Part shown: piece after piece, positions 60,421 through 64,000 of the stretch | Layout: every line of letters begins with the position of its first letter | Numbering within the stretch: position 1 is the first letter of the stretch | Source: Laetmonice hystrix | Taxonomy: Eukaryota | Direction: 5' to 3' | Length of the DNA stretch: 64,000 nucleotides | Assembly (NCBI GenBank): GCA_965235115.1 | Contig: OZ249451.1 | Coordinates: forward strand, 12,028,001 to 12,092,000 | Made by a program: the position numbers and the translations under genes | Notes under the pieces: model-generated | What the model saw: the letters and a program-made list of their open reading frames with translations, nothing else | Told to the model about the DNA's origin: nothing | Database searches by the model: none

Positions 60421-61082
60421 CTGAGAGGATGTCAGTAATTGTTTGTTACTTGATATAAGCATTATTAATTATGATGAACTTCAATTTGGTAGGTGATGTA
60501 TTCAGAATACACAAGCATCCTTGATGTAAACAACAACTTGGAGGTTACGAAATATGGAAAGCAATGCACAGCCTCGTCATGACTTCTCAGTTATAGGATA
60601 GAGATGTGCTGTTCATTAGCAATATTTACGTTTCCCTTTATTCGTTTTTATTCATGTATAACCTTCCGAATTTAAATTAAATAGAAATACATCCGTTTCT
60701 GCTGCTCAGAATGAAGGTGATTTGACCTTAAATAAACTTGTCACAGAATACGAAAAGAGGGAGAGAAATCTATCAACATCTCCAGTTTCTCTGCGCTCTC
60801 TACCCAGATCGTGTGTTACCAGCCTGCCGGGGTCAATCATTGCATTCACTGACAACCTGGTAAGCTATACCCCTACACCCGACACCTGGACAATGACGTG
60901 GACCACTCCTCCTGCGTCATCAACCGCCCCAATTTGCATCTCATGACCTAGTTTAGCCTCGCAGTTGATTTGTATATTCAAAGCATGCCTGACATTACAA
61001 TGTACCGAGAAAGTCTAACGAAAAAGTCTAACGCGGATTCAGAAGAAGTTGACTGTGGAGTCGGGTTCAGTCGGGTTCAGAT

Positions 61083-61206
61083 AACCAATTACAGCGTTCG
61101 TTTCTCAGAAAATTAATCAGAACCAATCACAGCGGTCGTTCCTCAGAGAACCAATCACAGCGTTTGTTCCTCAGAGAATCAAGCACAGTGTTCGTTCCTC
61201 AAAGAA
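61083..61206. repeat. About 28-bp CCAAT-containing tandem repeat, about 4 copies
   Basis: Unit about aaccaatcacagcggtcgttcctcagag. Confidence 0.75.
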
Positions 61207-61593
61207 CTACGCTATGCTGATTTTCAAAATGGCGGGTCGCCCCCCCCCCCCTCCGAGTTTGCAGGATTGAACCTGGCATAGTTTTTAACCATTTTACTTA
61301 TGGTATACATACGGCACAACGCCAGTGCTCCCTGGCACAAAAAATGGCCCTGTAATACATGACTTGTAATAAGCGTCTAGCCTAATTATCCTTCAGGGTA
61401 AAGGTCAATTCGACATATTTTGACGATTTGATGATTGCCCATTTTGACGACTCCTCAAAGAAACTGAACGTTCACCCTCTTGGCCAATCGCAACATCTCG
61501 CGCTTTCCGTACACAAAACACCTGGCAAAACAACCGGAAATGAAAACGTTCCGATTGTCTCTCGGCGTTACCGAAGAGCTCCAATATACCCAC

Positions 61594-61764
61594 CGTGGGT
61601 CTGGGGTTCGCTGCCCTCCGCCGTAGGACAGGATCTCAAGCCCTGGAGGGCCACCGGGTAGGGGTTGACGACTGCGGGTCCAGCATCCCCCAATTCGTCA
61701 TCCTCGTGACCTCTGCCCTCCAGCAGGTCGACCACCACTTCCGCCGTCACCGGAAGTCCTCCAC
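61594..61764 (-). CDS. Exon 2 of the same gene (GGLPVTAEVVVDLLEG...SEPQTH)
   Basis: Acceptor gacatag|GT, donor G|gtgggt; 171 nt; only the phase-1 frame is open. Confidence 0.7.
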
Positions 61765-61991
61765 CTATGTCCATGAGAAAACAGTGACTTCACAATATTT
61801 TATCTCAGGAATAAGTAGGCATAGGCCTACATGTATAACCCGGCTTAGGTCGTTGGACTTGACATCGTAGGAATTAACCCCCTTCACCCATGGCACTATT
61901 TTAAGGCAGCGTCGATTCTCGATTCTGAACACACAATTCAGAAACAGTTGCAGAAACCTGGAGAGAACAGAGAAAGGGGTACGACCCTTAC

Positions 61992-62238
61992 CCTGCGGGT
62001 CCCTCTGGAGCAGCCGTTGCTCCCGCTGCAGTTGCTGGAGGTAATGTCTCAGCTCCTTCTCCTGTCGTGCCAGCTCCGCCTGTTTAGTTCTCCTCTCCGC
62101 CTCCAGGGATTGTTTGTGACGGCTGCACACGATACGCTCCATGTTATTGCGAGACACTAGGTGGCGCTTCTGACGTACGGTAGGATCGAGGTCAGCAGCC
62201 TCGATTTGAGATACAGTCGGACGTGCGGCGTCTGACAT
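61992..62238 (-). CDS. Exon 1 of an unassigned gene: N-terminal coiled coil (MSDAARP...EAERRTKQAELARQEKELRHYLQQLQREQRLLQ)
   Basis: ATG at 62238, E/Q/R/L heptad-like stretch, donor G|gtaagg (phase 1); further upstream exons are possible. Confidence 0.75.
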
Positions 62239-63059
62239 GATGACCTTCAGCTGGTCCTGTCTTTATCAAAACCACGTGTGACGTAGACGCTTCAGGAGGA
62301 GCGGAATAATTACATATTCTACAGATTATACATTCATTATAAATAGAAAACATGTTACTTATAGTAAAAATACGTTATGAATTTACATTTTATTATCCTT
62401 GCTATATTTATCTAGGCATAGATAGAGGTGCCTACTTAGTCTAGGCATAGACACTACGCTAGTCCTTATTCGCACTAGACTAAATGACGTTATCTCGGTA
62501 ATCAATATCTTAAATTCAACTTTGAAAGATGTTATGAATCAAAATGTTTCGGTTTAAGAGAAGGCTTAGTTAGCATTAATCGGACTTAGGCTACTATCCT
62601 ATGTAGGCCTACTCGCCAACGTAAGCCTAATTATAGTCTCTTTTTAATCTATTCAGAAGAGGGACTTCGCGTAGACCTTATCAACATCTGCAACGCGCAG
62701 GTTATTTCCAGCACAGAACAACTACTTGTATTTCTTACCCTAATAAATGATACTACCTTACGACTAAAGACGAGCCTAGCGTTCTGATGAGACTGATGCC
62801 GTCTTGCCAGGAGAGTTGACCTCGTCGCCAGTAGAACAAACGTCCTCCTGTTGATTCTCCAGCAAGTTGTTCTCTACTCCAGGCTGGCTAAAGGTCTCCA
62901 GGTGCTTGCCTCCAGGTGAAGTGTCAGCGGCAGCCTGGAGATGGCAGTTGGCGGTCAGTGTTTGCTTAGGGTCACTCCGTCAATATTGTGCATGGAGTTT
63001 CAGGCCTGGGACTCCAGCAGATGGTGAGTGAGTCCACTGTGATCTCGGTCCTGTGTTCA

Positions 63060-63452
63060 CAATGGAACCAGCTATAGGATCTTAGTCCATTGCCAGGTTA
63101 CAATGAAACCAGCTACGGTCTCAATCCAGTTTTCAAAATGAAATCAGCTTCAATCTCAGTCCATTTTCTGGTCACAATGAAACCAGCTACGATCTCAATC
63201 CAGTTTTCAAAATGAACGAAACCAGCTATACGATCTCAGTCCATTGTCTGGTCACAATAAAACCATCCACGACCTCGGTCAATTGCCTGGACACAATGAA
63301 ATCAGCTACGAACTCAGTCTATTGCCTGGTCACAACCAGTTACGATCTCAATCCATTGCCTAGTCACAATGAAACCGACTACGATCTCAGTCCATTGCCT
63401 GGTCACAATGAAACCAGTTACGATCTCAATCCAGTTTTCAAAATGAAACCAA
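63060..63452. repeat. Degenerate 36-39-bp tandem repeat, about 10 copies
   Basis: Unit about cacaatgaaaccagctacgatctcagtccattgcctggt, with a recurring variant ctcaatccagttttcaaaatgaa. Confidence 0.85.
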
Positions 63453-64000
63453 TGTAGTAGACTTTTTTTCCTAAAGCAATGGCGAAAGATGAATTAGATC
63501 ATTCATCTCTCCGGTAGGTAATGTTTACAAACTGGGAACTTGTGCTATACCGGAGGTACCTGTTTCAGGGAAGTGTCGGTGGCACTTGTTTTCCTGTGAA
63601 CTGCTTGGCCATTGATACTGTCGTTAAGCGTGCCTTGGACGAATGTATCAGGGCCGAATAATTAAAGAGAGATTAAAACAACCAAACAACTGATACCTGA
63701 TGCTAGAGGGCGCTGAAACATGAGAAGTAGGGCATGGCAGGTCTGTGCGACGGGAGGTCTAGGGATCGAGGGAGACACGTACTGCCGGTCTCCACTAAGT
63801 TGTCGGAATAAGGAAGGGGAGGACCGGGGTGGAATGGGGGGTGGGGGTGGGGCTGCTTTTTCGTTCTCTTTCTTGTTCTTCTTTTTTTGAATAAATTGTT
63901 TGAGTATGGCCCCGGCAAATGGCAACGTTTTCTACAGAAAACTATTCATTACATGTATATCTTTATTGACAAAAAAACAACAAAAAACACGTAGATTATA

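Noticed and set aside
62778-63030. Coding-like minus-strand stretch (...ENNLLENQQEDVCSTGDEVNSPGK...*)
   Set aside because: In-frame stop upstream, no convincing acceptor and no homology I can recognise; could be a terminal exon of a gene outside the window but is unsupported.

Overview
Eukaryotic (marine-invertebrate-like, possibly amphioxus-like; species not determinable) genomic DNA with spliceosomal introns and two short N gaps. (1) A 13-exon minus-strand gene, hand-assembled with all splice phases consistent (CDS 54891->2741, 2412 nt, 803 aa), encodes a type I membrane receptor: signal peptide, a C-type lectin domain split by a nested WSC domain, a second C-type lectin domain, a Ser/Thr/Pro stalk, one TM helix and a Tyr-rich tail ending in STRL. 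(2) Its ~38-kb first intron holds a complete, very young BEL/Pao LTR retrotransposon (23542-30592): 420-bp LTRs differing at 1 base, GTATG target duplication, intact 1974-aa Gag-Pol. It has no tRNA primer-binding site. The 12 nt next to its 5' LTR are instead the exact reverse complement of a 12-mer inside the LTR and are framed by predicted U5 stems, the layout of Tf1-type self-primed reverse transcription. It also lacks a polypurine tract. (3) A 447-bp MULE deletion derivative, several MITE-like hairpins and many minisatellites are present. (4) A 3-exon minus-strand gene (62238->59507, 443 aa) encodes an unassigned coiled-coil plus disordered protein. All calls were made by eye; no database searches were run.
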